In this document: one piece after another, positions 40,625 through 49,854 of the stretch
Numbering within the stretch: the stretch's first letter is position 1
Layout of the letters: each line of letters begins with the position of its first letter
Assembly: GCA_963726175.1 (NCBI GenBank)
Contig: CAVSBM010000008.1
Location: 90,153-154,152 of the forward strand
Reading direction: 5' to 3'
DNA length: 64,000 bases
Source: an uncultured Chloroflexia bacterium
GTDB lineage: Bacteria > Chloroflexota > Dehalococcoidia > GIF9 > AB-539-J10
Program-made: the position numbers and the translations under genes
The notes under the pieces: model-generated
Databases searched by the model: none
Told to the model about the DNA's origin: nothing
Seen by the model: only the letters and a program-made list of their open reading frames with translations

Positions 40625-42204
40625 AGAAAAGAAGTTGGCGTCTTCCATTATTGTCTGTTCTTCTAGTGGCTTTGTTGGTTTCGCCTTCGATTGCCTGCCA
40701 GCTTTTCAGCCCTCAGGGCGTCCTTAATCTTTGGGATACAGGTCCTTTAACGCTTGACCCGGCAATTTCTGCTGACATGTCTTCTCATACCTATGTCATG
40801 CAGATCTTCTCTGGCTTGGTTCGCCTTGACCAGCAGCTAAATCTAGTGCCCGATATTGCTGAGAGCTGGGAAGAGAGCCTCGATGGCAAGACATATACCT
40901 TCCACTTGCGCCAGGGGGTTAAGTTTCATAATGGCAGGGAGGTCAAAGCTGCCGACTTCAAATACTCCTGGGAGCGAGCCTGCAATCCCGATACTGGCTC
41001 TGGCACAGCCGCCACCTATCTGGGAGATATCATTGGCGCCAAGGATATGTTGTCGGGAGAGGCGGGAGAAATCTCCGGGGTTGTCGCCACTGGTGAGTAC
41101 ACTCTTCAGGTAGCCATTGATGCCCCCAAGGCTTACTTCCTGGACAAGCTGGCTTATCCTACCGCTTTTGTGGTGGATAGGGATAATGTGGAATCTGGAC
41201 AAAGCTGGTGGCGGGAACCAAACGGGACGGGACCATTTAAGCTAAAAGAATGGAGGCCAGGGGAGCGGCTGGTTCTAGAGCGTAGCCAGGTCTATTATGG
41301 CGAACCTGCCAGACTGCAACGCGTCATCTTCTCTCTTGTCGCTGATGAGCCCATGGCTTTGTATGAAACAGGGCAGATTGACGTCGTTTCTGTTTACTTG
41401 GCTTACATTGACCAGGTGCGTGATGAGACTAATGCGGTTCATCAAGAGTTAGCAGTAACGCCTGAGCTCAGCCTCTATTATATTGGCTTCAACACTGCTA
41501 AACCTCCCTTCGACGACACTAGTATCCGCCGGGCCTTTTGTCAGGCTGTGAATAAAGAGCGTATCGCTGAGGTGATATTGAGGGATATGTTAAACAACGC
41601 TAGTGGTATTTTGCCTCCGGGCATGCCTGGCTATAACGAGGCTCTTGAGGGGCTGGACTACGATGTAGAGAAGGCGAAAGAGCTCATTGCCGCCTCGAAG
41701 TACGAAGATGTCTCGAACTTGCCACCTATCACCCTGACCGTTGAAGGCTATGGCAATAGCATTCCTGCTTATCTAGGCGCCATCATCCAGGAATGGCAGG
41801 AGAATCTGGGCGTGGAAGTCTCTGTAAGGCAACTGGAAACCGAGAATTTTCTCTATAACCTTAAGCAAGAAAAGGATGAAATATTCACAATGGGCTGGAT
41901 AGCTGACTACCCTGACCCAAATAATTTCCTGGATATCCTGTTCCATACGGGAAGCGAAGTCAATATCGGCGAATATAGCAACCCCACCCTGGACACTTTA
42001 CTTGACCAGGCAGCTATAGAACAGGATGAAACTCTCCGACTGACTATGTACCAGCAGGCCGAGCAACTGGTAGTGGACGATGCCCCTTGTCTTCCCTTGT
42101 GGCATGGCACCAATTATATCCTGGTGAAGCCTTATGTCAAAGGCTACGAGCTCAGTGCCCAGGGTATTCCCGACTTGAGCAAGGTATATATCGAAAATGG
42201 CTAA
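40621..42204 (+). CDS. ABC transporter substrate-binding protein, family 5 (peptide/nickel type), orphan
   Basis: Signal peptide with ...PSIAC, plus typical WTFHLRQGVKFHNG and GWIADYPDPNNFL motifs. No permease or ATPase gene is adjacent. There is an ATGA overlap with DUF1893. Confidence 0.8.
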   Translation: MKKRSWRLPLLSVLLVALLVSPSIACQLFSPQGVLNLWDTGPLTLDPAISADMSSHTYVMQIFSGLVRLDQQLNLVPDIAESWEESLDGKTYTFHLRQGVKFHNGREVKAADFKYSWERACNPDTGSGTAATYLGDIIGAKDMLSGEAGEISGVVATGEYTLQVAIDAPKAYFLDKLAYPTAFVVDRDNVESGQSWWREPNGTGPFKLKEWRPGERLVLERSQVYYGEPARLQRVIFSLVADEPMALYETGQIDVVSVYLAYIDQVRDETNAVHQELAVTPELSLYYIGFNTAKPPFDDTSIRRAFCQAVNKERIAEVILRDMLNNASGILPPGMPGYNEALEGLDYDVEKAKELIAASKYEDVSNLPPITLTVEGYGNSIPAYLGAIIQEWQENLGVEVSVRQLETENFLYNLKQEKDEIFTMGWIADYPDPNNFLDILFHTGSEVNIGEYSNPTLDTLLDQAAIEQDETLRLTMYQQAEQLVVDDAPCLPLWHGTNYILVKPYVKGYELSAQGIPDLSKVYIENG

Positions 42205-42236
42205 ACTCCAAATCCCAGTCGCACTCCGCTTCAAAC

Positions 42237-42470
42237 CCTAGATTCTAAGCACCAAGTCCCAAACGAGCCCAAATGACAAAATCCAAATGACAAAAGGAAT
42301 CCAAATGCTTGAATATCAAAGCCGCTCCTCTTTGTCATTGGAGTTTCGGGCTTGATTTGACATTTGAGCTTTGTCATTTGATATTGCTTGGAGTCTAGAG
42401 ACTGGTATTTAGGGTTTTCGCCTTCGGGGCTTGGGATTTCGGATTTCCTATCGCTCCCTCTTAGCCGTAA
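42237..42470. repeat. Large imperfect palindrome built from CAAATGACAAA / CCAAA low-complexity units
   Basis: The left arm AAACCCTAGATTCTAAGC...CAAATGACAAAATCCAAATGACAAAAGG mirrors the right arm ...CCTCTTTGTCATTGG...TTTGTCATTTGATATTGC...TATTTAGGGTTTT. Confidence 0.65.
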
Positions 42471-42542
42471 CTAATAGACAATCTCACACCTACATTGGGA
42501 TAGTTCGCGGTGGTATAATGATGATGGATGGAAAGGGAGGCG

Positions 42543-43538
42543 ATGCTCTATGAGACACTCCCTGGCGGTCGCGTGAGGTGCCATGTTTGCCAGTGGAGGT
42601 GCCTTATCAATCCCGGTAAACTCGGTGTCTGCCGTATGCGCGTCAATCGGGATGGCAAGATCTTTGCCATGAACTATGCCGAGGTGTCCTCCATGGCACC
42701 CGACCATATTGAGAAGAAACCCCTGTTTCATTTCTTCCCTGGCACCTATGCTTTTTCGTTAGGCACCTGGGGATGCAATTTCCACTGCAAGGGATGTCAG
42801 AACTGGGAGATTTCGTGCGTGGATATTCCGCGCGATTCCAAACAATTGCTCCCGGAAAAAGAGATAGAGTTAACCAAGAGCCACAATTGCCAGGGCATTG
42901 CCTGGACTTACAATGAGCCGACGATCTGGTTGGAATACACCTTGGATTCAGCCAGGCTGGCTAAGGATAATAATCTCTATACTGTCTATGTGACCAATGG
43001 CTATGCTACGCCTGAGGCTCTGGATGCCATAGGGCCCTGGCTTGATGCCTGGAGGGTAGATGTCAAGGGCTTCACTGACGGCTTCTATCGCCAGTTAGCC
43101 AGGATTCCTCACTGGGAAGGCATTCTGGACGTCACCAGGCGGGCCAAAGAGAAGTGGCATATGCACGTTGAGGTGGTGACCAACATCATTCCGACGATGA
43201 ACGACGACGAGGAGCAACTCAGGAACCTTGCTACGTGGATTCGAGATAATTTGGGTGAACTTACGCCCTGGCACGTAACCCGTTTCCATCCTCTGCATGA
43301 ATTTACTCAACTGTCAGCTACTCCGGTATCCACCTTAGAGAGGGCGTATAAGATTGGAAAAAAGGCTGGGCTGAGATTTGTCTACTTGGGCAATGTGCCC
43401 GGGCACGAGTATGAAAATACTATGTGTTATTCGTGTGGCAAGATGGTTGTTCGTCGTATCGGCTATGATACCGAGGTGGTGGGGCTGGACGGGCCGAAGT
43501 GCAAGTTCTGCGGAGCTGAGCTTAATTTCCGGGTATGA
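42543..43538 (+). CDS. amrS: AmmeMemoRadiSam system radical SAM enzyme
   Basis: RCHVCQWRCLINPGKLGVCRMR...HIEKKPLFHFFPG...GTWGCNFHCKGCQNWEIS. The ATG at 42543 follows GAAAGGGAGG. Confidence 0.85.
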   Translation: MLYETLPGGRVRCHVCQWRCLINPGKLGVCRMRVNRDGKIFAMNYAEVSSMAPDHIEKKPLFHFFPGTYAFSLGTWGCNFHCKGCQNWEISCVDIPRDSKQLLPEKEIELTKSHNCQGIAWTYNEPTIWLEYTLDSARLAKDNNLYTVYVTNGYATPEALDAIGPWLDAWRVDVKGFTDGFYRQLARIPHWEGILDVTRRAKEKWHMHVEVVTNIIPTMNDDEEQLRNLATWIRDNLGELTPWHVTRFHPLHEFTQLSATPVSTLERAYKIGKKAGLRFVYLGNVPGHEYENTMCYSCGKMVVRRIGYDTEVVGLDGPKCKFCGAELNFRV

Positions 43539-43542
43539 TCTT

Positions 43543-43979
43543 CCTCTCCCATTTGGGGAGAGGATTTCAGGTGAGGGTTAAAGGTGGAGAATGAAAGGAG
43601 ACGAAACAAGCCTTGCTCGTGAGCTTCACCGAAGGCAGGCTGAAGCCGAAAAGGCACTGTGGGTGAGATTGAGGAACAGGCAACTGGAAGGCGTGAAATT
43701 CCGTAGGCAGCAGCCTATAGGTGACTACATTGTCGATTTTGCCGGTTTGGAAAGCAGAATCATAGTTGAAGTTGATGGTGGTCAGCACAATGAGCGTAGG
43801 ATGAGGGAGAAGGATGAAGAGAGGACAGCATGGCTAAAAAGAGAAGGCTATCGTGTTCTAAGATTCTGGGACAATGAGGTCCTGAAGAATGTAGACGGAG
43901 TTTTGGAAGTGATAAGAGAGGCTTTAAGGTGAGTTTTCACCCTCACCTTGATCCTCTCCCATCTAGGAGAGGGAGAGGG
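43543..43979. mobile_element. DUF559 mini-cassette bounded by ~40-bp hairpin-containing inverted repeats
   Basis: Left end: CCTCTCCCATTTGGGGAGAGGATTTCAGGTGAGGGT (43543-43578). Right end: TTTCACCCTCACCTTGATCCTCTCCCATCTAGGAGAGGGAGAGGG (43935-43979). They are inverted relative to each other. Confidence 0.6.
43591..43932 (+). CDS. DUF559 (Vsr-like PD-(D/E)xK) endonuclease-domain protein
   Basis: ARELHRRQAEAEKALWVRLRNRQLEGVKFRRQQPIGDYIVDFAGLESRIIVEVDGGQH...REGYRVLRFWDNEV. Confidence 0.85.
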   Translation: MKGDETSLARELHRRQAEAEKALWVRLRNRQLEGVKFRRQQPIGDYIVDFAGLESRIIVEVDGGQHNERRMREKDEERTAWLKREGYRVLRFWDNEVLKNVDGVLEVIREALR

Positions 43980-44004
43980 ATAGGTAAGGGATGGGAGGTG
44001 TTTT

Positions 44005-44523
44005 ATGGCAGAAGGGGAACTTCATGCTGTGGTAAAGCTGGCTAAGGAGGCTGTGGAAAGCTATATCCGAGAGGGGAAAACGCCCAAGCCACGGGAGCTA
44101 ACCCCGGAAATGAGGGAGAGGGCGGGGGTTTTTGTTTCCCTTCATAAGCACGGGCAATTAAGAGGATGCATAGGCACTTTCGAGCCAAGCAAGGACAATG
44201 TGGCTGAAGAAATCATCGCCAACGCTATCAGCTCATCTACCATGGATCCTCGCTTTCCCCCGGTGAATGCGTCTGAGCTTGATGACCTGGAATATGGCGT
44301 GGATATCCTTACTAAGCCTGAGCCAGTCACAGATATCAGCCAGCTCGACCCTAAAGAGTATGGCGTCATTGTGGAAAGTGGTTGGAAAAGAGGACTTTTG
44401 CTGCCTGACCTGGAAGGCGTAGATAGCGTTGAGGAGCAAATTGCCATTTGTCGGCTCAAGGCCGGGATATCAGCCAGCGAGTCTATTAACCTCTATCGCT
44501 TCCAGGTAAGGAGATTTAAGTAG
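44005..44523 (+). CDS. amrA: AMMECR1-domain protein (AmmeMemoRadiSam system protein A)
   Basis: [22 protein letters not shown]...DPRFPPV...GLLLPD. Confidence 0.85.
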   Translation: MAEGELHAVVKLAKEAVESYIREGKTPKPRELTPEMRERAGVFVSLHKHGQLRGCIGTFEPSKDNVAEEIIANAISSSTMDPRFPPVNASELDDLEYGVDILTKPEPVTDISQLDPKEYGVIVESGWKRGLLLPDLEGVDSVEEQIAICRLKAGISASESINLYRFQVRRFK

Positions 44524-44542
44524 CAGGTTGCGATTAATAATA

Positions 44543-45888
44543 ATGGACAAGATGCCTCTTTTCGACCTGCCTGAGGAAAAGGATTCACCCCCGACCATGC
44601 CTCTGGCGGCGAGGATGCGACCGCAGACGTTTGCTGAGTTCGTGGGGCAAGAGCATCTAGTTGCCGAGGGACGAGTGCTCCGGAAATGCATCGAGGCAGA
44701 CCAACTACCTTCGATGGTATTCTGGGGGCCGCCAGGCAGCGGAAAAACAACTCTGGCTCACATTATCGCCAATGTCACCAGAGCACAGTTTAGTTCTCTT
44801 AGTGCGGTGAGTGCCGGAGTGGCCGATTTGCGGCGAGTTATCGAGGAAGCCAAGAAGAGACTGAAATCATCGGGACAAAGGACCATTCTTTTTGTCGACG
44901 AAATTCACCGTTTTAACAAGGCGCAACAGGACGCCGTGTTACCTTTCGTGGAAAACGGTACCGTGACTTTCATCGGGGCAACTACGGAAAATCCCTCATT
45001 CGAAGTCATCTCACCACTTCTCTCTCGGTGCCGGGTTTTTCGATTGAATGTGCTGAGCGATGAGGATGTTAAGCTCATTGTGGAGCGAGCCATTGAGGAT
45101 ACAGAAAGGGGACTGGGGAAGTTCCGGATTATCGTAAGTGAAGAGGCACTGCGCCACCTTGTGATTATATCCAACGGGGATGCTCGCGTGGCTTTGAATG
45201 CTCTGGAAATGGCGGCGTTTGCCACCTTGCCTGATGGCGATGGCTCGCGGTCAATAGACCTGTCTGCCATTGAAGAGGCACTGCAACATCGTGCTTTGCT
45301 CTATGATAAGAGCGGTGACCAGCATTATGACTTGATTTCGGCGCTGCATAAATCCCTACGCGGCTCCGACCCTGATGCTGGCTTATATTGGTTAGGACGT
45401 ATGCTGGAGGCTGGTGAGGACCCTCTGTATATCGCCCGTCGCCTAATGCGCTTTGCTTCTGAGGACGTTGGCGTGGCTGATCCTCAAGCCCTGGTGATAG
45501 CGGTAGCTGCTCAGCAGGCGGTGCATTTCGTAGGCTTGCCTGAAGGGAATCTTGCTTTAGCTGAGGCTGTGGTTTATCTGGCCACCGCACCCAAAAGCAA
45601 CTCTCTGTACCAGGCTTATTCACTAGTCCAGAAGGATATACAACAAGGCCGAAATGAGCCTGTGCCTCTTCACTTGCGTAATCCGGTAACTGATCTAATG
45701 CGTCGGATGGGGCACGGGCAGGGCTACAAATATGCGCATGATTATCCCGGCCATTTTGTCAAGCAACAAAACTTACCGTCCCTTCGCTTCAGGGAAAACG
45801 CTATTACGTTCCCACTGACCAGGGCTATGAAAAGGAGATTGCTGACAGGCTCAAGAAATGGTGGGGAGAGTCACATAAGGAAGTGTAA
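44543..45888 (+). CDS. rarA: Replication-associated recombination protein A (AAA+ ATPase)
   Basis: PLAARMRPQTFAEFVGQEHL, GPPGSGKTT, FVDEIHRFNKAQQD and YKYAHDYPGHFV. The canonical end LQGKRYYVPTDQGYEKEIADRLKKWWGESHKEV* (stop at 45886-45888) needs a 1-nt shift near 45785; the as-read ORF runs to 45967. Confidence 0.9.
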
Positions 45889-45979
45889 GACACAGTGGCA
45901 GTCTCTGATGGCGTGCTATAATGCGGGACGGGTCTCGGGGGTGTTGGAGATAGCAGGCATATATTGACGGAGGTGAACT

Positions 45980-46612
45980 TTGGCTAAGTTTTCATTCATC
46001 CCTAGAGATATGGAGTTCTACGACCTGTTCGAACAAGAGACGGCTAATCTAGTCGTTGCTGCAGAAAAGCTGGTTGACCTCTTTAACAACTACGAAAATG
46101 TGGAAGCAAAGGCAAAAGAGCTTAAGGATTTCGAACATAGAGGCGACGTTATAACACACGAGATAATAGCCCGGGTGCATCGGAGCTTTGTCACGCCCAT
46201 TGACAGTGAGGATATTACTCTTCTAGCTCATAGCTTAGATGATGTAATGGATTTCATTGAGGCTGCGGGCAGGACAGCTTGGCTTTATCATATTGCTCAA
46301 CCCACGGAGAGGGCTCGAGAGCTAGCCCAAATCGTGGGTAAGATGGCCCGCAAGTTGAACGAGGTAATGCCTCAGTTACGTCATCGTGACAAGTTCAAAT
46401 GGATTCTAAAGCAATGTGTGGAGATTAACACTCTGGAAAATGAAGCTGATGATGTGCAACATGCTGCTTTGGCTGAATTGTTTGAGGCTTGTGCCAGTGA
46501 CGCATGTGAGGTAATCAAATGGCGCGAACTGTATGGACACCTGGAAGATGCCACTGACCGAGGTGAGGATGTCGCTAATGTCCTTGAGGGGGTAGTCCTC
46601 AAGTATGCCTGA
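45980..46612 (+). CDS. DUF47/PhoU-like protein paired with the PiT transporter
   Basis: 210 aa and helical. It overlaps the PiT gene by 8 nt, which is the typical arrangement. Confidence 0.75.
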   Translation: MAKFSFIPRDMEFYDLFEQETANLVVAAEKLVDLFNNYENVEAKAKELKDFEHRGDVITHEIIARVHRSFVTPIDSEDITLLAHSLDDVMDFIEAAGRTAWLYHIAQPTERARELAQIVGKMARKLNEVMPQLRHRDKFKWILKQCVEINTLENEADDVQHAALAELFEACASDACEVIKWRELYGHLEDATDRGEDVANVLEGVVLKYA

Positions 46613-47612
46613 CGGCAATTTTCTTCTGATAGTCGCTTTAGTATTAGTACTGGCCGCCGAGTTTGTCAATGGCTGGACAGACGCTCCTAATGCTATTGCT
46701 ACCGTAGTTTCTACTCGTGTTCTTCCCCCATCTCTGGCTGTGCTTATGGCTGCTGTTCTCAATGTTGTGGGTACTCTGGTTACTGGCACGGCTGTGGCTT
46801 CGACTCTAGGCACGGGTATCGTCAGCCCAGATGTTATCAGCGGTCCTCAAGGCCTTCCTGTGGTGATTGCTGCTACGCTTACTGTTGTCATCTGGAGTAT
46901 AGCCGCCTGGTTCTACGGCATACCTACCAGCGAAAGCCATGAGCTTATTGCGGGACTTACTGGAGCAGGACTAGCGGTTGCCGGCCCCTCTGTTCTACTC
47001 TGGGAAGGATGGAAAAAAGTGCTCATTGGTCTGGGCTTCTCCACCATTCTCGGGTTTTCTCTGGGTATGATAGTAATGACTAGCCTATACTGGATATTGC
47101 GGCGAACCAGCCTGTCATCTATTCGTAATGTGTTCAGCCGGCTTCAGATACTCTCCGCTGCTTTTATGGCGTTCAGCCATGGTAGCAATGACGGACAGAA
47201 GTTTATGGGGGTCTTTGCCCTGGCACTGGTGCTGGGAGGTAAGATGGCACATTTCGCCGTTCCAGTGTGGGTAATGCTGCTTTGTGGTGCGGTAATGGGT
47301 CTGGGAACGGCTTTAGGCGGGTGGCGCATAATGCGCACCGTGGGTTTCAAAATCACCAAGCTGGAGCCAGTAAACGGCTTTGCCGCTGAGAGTTCCGGCG
47401 CGTTTGCCATTTTGCTGGCTTCTCGTTTTGGCATCCCCCTGAGCACCACCCATTGTATAGGTACAGCTATCATGGGGGTGGGGGCTACCAAGCGATTTTC
47501 GGCGGTACGCTGGGGAATCGCACGCAACATTGTTATGGCCTGGATAATAACCTTCCCGGTCTGTGCTGCTCTGGGCTGGGTAATAGCGTCCCTTCTGAAG
47601 CTTGCCTCCTGA
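46605..47612 (+). CDS. Inorganic phosphate transporter, PiT family
   Basis: FVNGWTDAPNAIATVVSTR and FSHGSNDGQKFMG. Confidence 0.9.
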   Translation: MPDGNFLLIVALVLVLAAEFVNGWTDAPNAIATVVSTRVLPPSLAVLMAAVLNVVGTLVTGTAVASTLGTGIVSPDVISGPQGLPVVIAATLTVVIWSIAAWFYGIPTSESHELIAGLTGAGLAVAGPSVLLWEGWKKVLIGLGFSTILGFSLGMIVMTSLYWILRRTSLSSIRNVFSRLQILSAAFMAFSHGSNDGQKFMGVFALALVLGGKMAHFAVPVWVMLLCGAVMGLGTALGGWRIMRTVGFKITKLEPVNGFAAESSGAFAILLASRFGIPLSTTHCIGTAIMGVGATKRFSAVRWGIARNIVMAWIITFPVCAALGWVIASLLKLAS

Positions 47613-47692
47613 ACTAGCCCCACGCGAAGCCGATTTAAATTGATAGGTGCCCCTGATGAAACTCTTTACCTGCAAATTTGATAGTGCGACCC

Positions 47693-47743
47693 TTCAGGGT
47701 CGTGTGGTACGAGGCTAAAGCCTCGTACTACATCTTTATCACC
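47693..47743. repeat. Double-hairpin REP-like element (family 1), solo copy
   Basis: AGTGCGACCCTTCAGGGTCGTGTGGTACGAGGCTAAAGCCTCGTACTACAT. The same element occurs at 55316-55376, ~59669-59717 and ~59797-59845. Confidence 0.8.
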
Positions 47744-47814
47744 TGAATAAACAGTCCTGCCTTTGGTCGTAACCCCCTTTAATCCCCCTTATCTCAAGGG
47801 GGAGAATAGGGAGG

Positions 47815-49095
47815 GTACAGACCGGATACAATGGTAACAAAATAGACCGGACACATGGGTAACAGTTAAGGTATTGGCAGGAGGTGTGCCAATGCCTTGG
47901 AAGGAGACCCGTGTGATGGACCAGAAGATAACGATGATAAGCAACTGGCTTTCAGGAGAATACAGTATCACCGAACTAAGCCGTATTCATGAGGTGAGTC
48001 GTAAAACCCTATACAAATGGATTGGGCGCTACGAGGCTGACCAGGCCTCAGGGCTTCAGGAATGGTCAAGAAGACCGCTTACGATGCCCAGGGCTACTCC
48101 TGCGGAGCTGGTTGCAGAGATACTAGCCTCAAAGATCCAGCATGAGCACTGGGGCTCTCGCAAATTGCTGGCCTGGTTAAAGCATCATCAGCCTGAGAAG
48201 AGATGGCCAGCGGCAAGTACGACCAGTGAAATCCTGAAGCGTCATGGGCTTGTTCATGGCCGCCGTAAGCGCCATCATATTGCCCCTTATAGCGAGCCCT
48301 TCTTGAAATCCAACCAGCCTAATGAGGTCTGGTGTGCCGATTTCAAAGGCCAATTCCGGTTAGGGAGTGGGTTTTGGTGCTATCCGCTCACCTTGACTGA
48401 TAGCTATAGCCGATATTTTCTTGGCTGCTGGGGCCTGGCACATCCGGCATATCTCCTAACCAGGTCATGTTTTGAACTTGCCTTCCGCCGGTATGGCTTA
48501 CCGAGCGCTATTCGCACAGACAACGGTGTGCCTTTTGCATCCGTTGGTTTGGGCGGTCTTTCGAGTCTAGCGGTGTGGTTTGTCAAACTCGGTATTCGGC
48601 CGGAGCGTATTGAGAAGGGGCATCCTGAGCAGAACGGTCGGCATGAAAGAATGCACCGCACCTTAAAAGCAGAAGCCATAAGTCCGCCGCGTAAGAGCCT
48701 GAGTGAACAACAGCGTGCTTTTGACCACTTTAGAGTGGCCTACAACAATGACCGGCCGCATGAAGCCTTAGGTCAGAAAGCACCAGCCTCGATGTACCGG
48801 ACCTCTGCCCGGGAGTATCCAGCTGAGCTGTCAGAAGTCGAATACCCGCAAACTTTCAAGGTCAGGCAGGTAAAAAAGAATGGGGATTTCAAATGGCAGG
48901 GGAAGGAACTTTATCTCAGTGGGGCTCTGGCTGGAGAGCAGGTGGGACTAAAAGAGATAGACAATGGAATATGGAAAATTTACTTTAGCTTCTATCCGGT
49001 GGGCATTCTGGATGAAGGAACATTTAGGATTGCCTCATGCTAAAAGTGTAACCTATGTGTCCGGATAAAAGTGTTACCTATGTTGGGATTGTACA
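47815..49095 (+). mobile_element. IS481-family insertion sequence, apparently intact
   Basis: The ends are GTACAGACCGG... and ...GGGATTGTACA (imperfect IRs). Each end carries two CCGGA(C/T)ACA(T/A)(G/A)GGT(A/T)ACA-like subrepeats. There is a single transposase ORF. Confidence 0.75.
47892..49043 (+). CDS. IS481-family DDE transposase (HTH + rve core)
   Basis: ITELSRIHEVSRKTLYKWIGRY, VWCADFKG, IRTDNGVPFAS and HPEQNGRHERMHRTLK...YNNDRPHEALG. The ATG at 47892 lies 7 nt after AGGAGG. Confidence 0.85.
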   Translation: MPWKETRVMDQKITMISNWLSGEYSITELSRIHEVSRKTLYKWIGRYEADQASGLQEWSRRPLTMPRATPAELVAEILASKIQHEHWGSRKLLAWLKHHQPEKRWPAASTTSEILKRHGLVHGRRKRHHIAPYSEPFLKSNQPNEVWCADFKGQFRLGSGFWCYPLTLTDSYSRYFLGCWGLAHPAYLLTRSCFELAFRRYGLPSAIRTDNGVPFASVGLGGLSSLAVWFVKLGIRPERIEKGHPEQNGRHERMHRTLKAEAISPPRKSLSEQQRAFDHFRVAYNNDRPHEALGQKAPASMYRTSAREYPAELSEVEYPQTFKVRQVKKNGDFKWQGKELYLSGALAGEQVGLKEIDNGIWKIYFSFYPVGILDEGTFRIASC

Positions 49096-49366
49096 TAACC
49101 CCCTTTATCCCCTTTATCTTAAGGGGAAGATCGTTGGGAAAGCTGGACTGTCACAGATTTTCGTGTTTTCGTGGGCGGGCTGAGGTGACAAAACTCCTTT
49201 GCCGCTTTAGAACGTCTGTGCTATGATGGCTTGGTGAAACTACTGCCGGCGGCTCTTCAGAAACAGGATTACAACCTGGCAGCTCATGTCCTCGTCTATG
49301 GCTTGGTCAAAGCCTCGGTAAAGAACCCCAGAAATTCTCCAAATCTTCAGAGATCCCAGGATCCTT

Positions 49367-49819
49367 ATGATCGTAAAAAGAAAAGCCAAGAAGAAGGGTA
49401 GCCGGCGGGATTTCTATAGCCGGGCTCTGGACGAGGCTGAGAAACTCGAGCTCGAGGAAGCTTCTCATATTGAAGGAATCGACGAGGAGATTGCCCTTCT
49501 CAGAGTGAAGCTCAGGGAACTTCTGGAAGAGCAGCCTGAGCGAATTGACCTGCACTTCGAAGCCGCGAATATCATAGCCCGGCTGGTAAAAACCCGGTAT
49601 CAAATTACCAAAGAGCAGAAGAAGTCTCTCAAAGAAGCCATCCAGAAAGTCTTGACTGAAGTCGCCGTGCCCCTGGGGGCTGGGGTGGGAGTTAAGCTGG
49701 AAACAGATCCCTTCGATTCAGTCGGACGGCCTCAAACCCAAAGCCCGAAATCCAAATACCTAGACAATCTCGAATGCACAAAAATTGAAATCACTAGGGT
49801 TTTGATATTTGGAATTTGA
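49367..49819 (+). CDS. Hypothetical phage protein upstream of TerL (small-terminase candidate)
   Basis: Basic N-terminus KRKAKKKGSRRDFYSRALDEAEKLELEEA plus a coiled coil IALLRVKLRELLEE. The assignment rests on position only. The 3' part runs through low-complexity repeats. Confidence 0.4.
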   Translation: MIVKRKAKKKGSRRDFYSRALDEAEKLELEEASHIEGIDEEIALLRVKLRELLEEQPERIDLHFEAANIIARLVKTRYQITKEQKKSLKEAIQKVLTEVAVPLGAGVGVKLETDPFDSVGRPQTQSPKSKYLDNLECTKIEITRVLIFGI

Positions 49820-49854
49820 GATTGTGAATTTGTTTAGGACTTAGAGCTTAGAAT

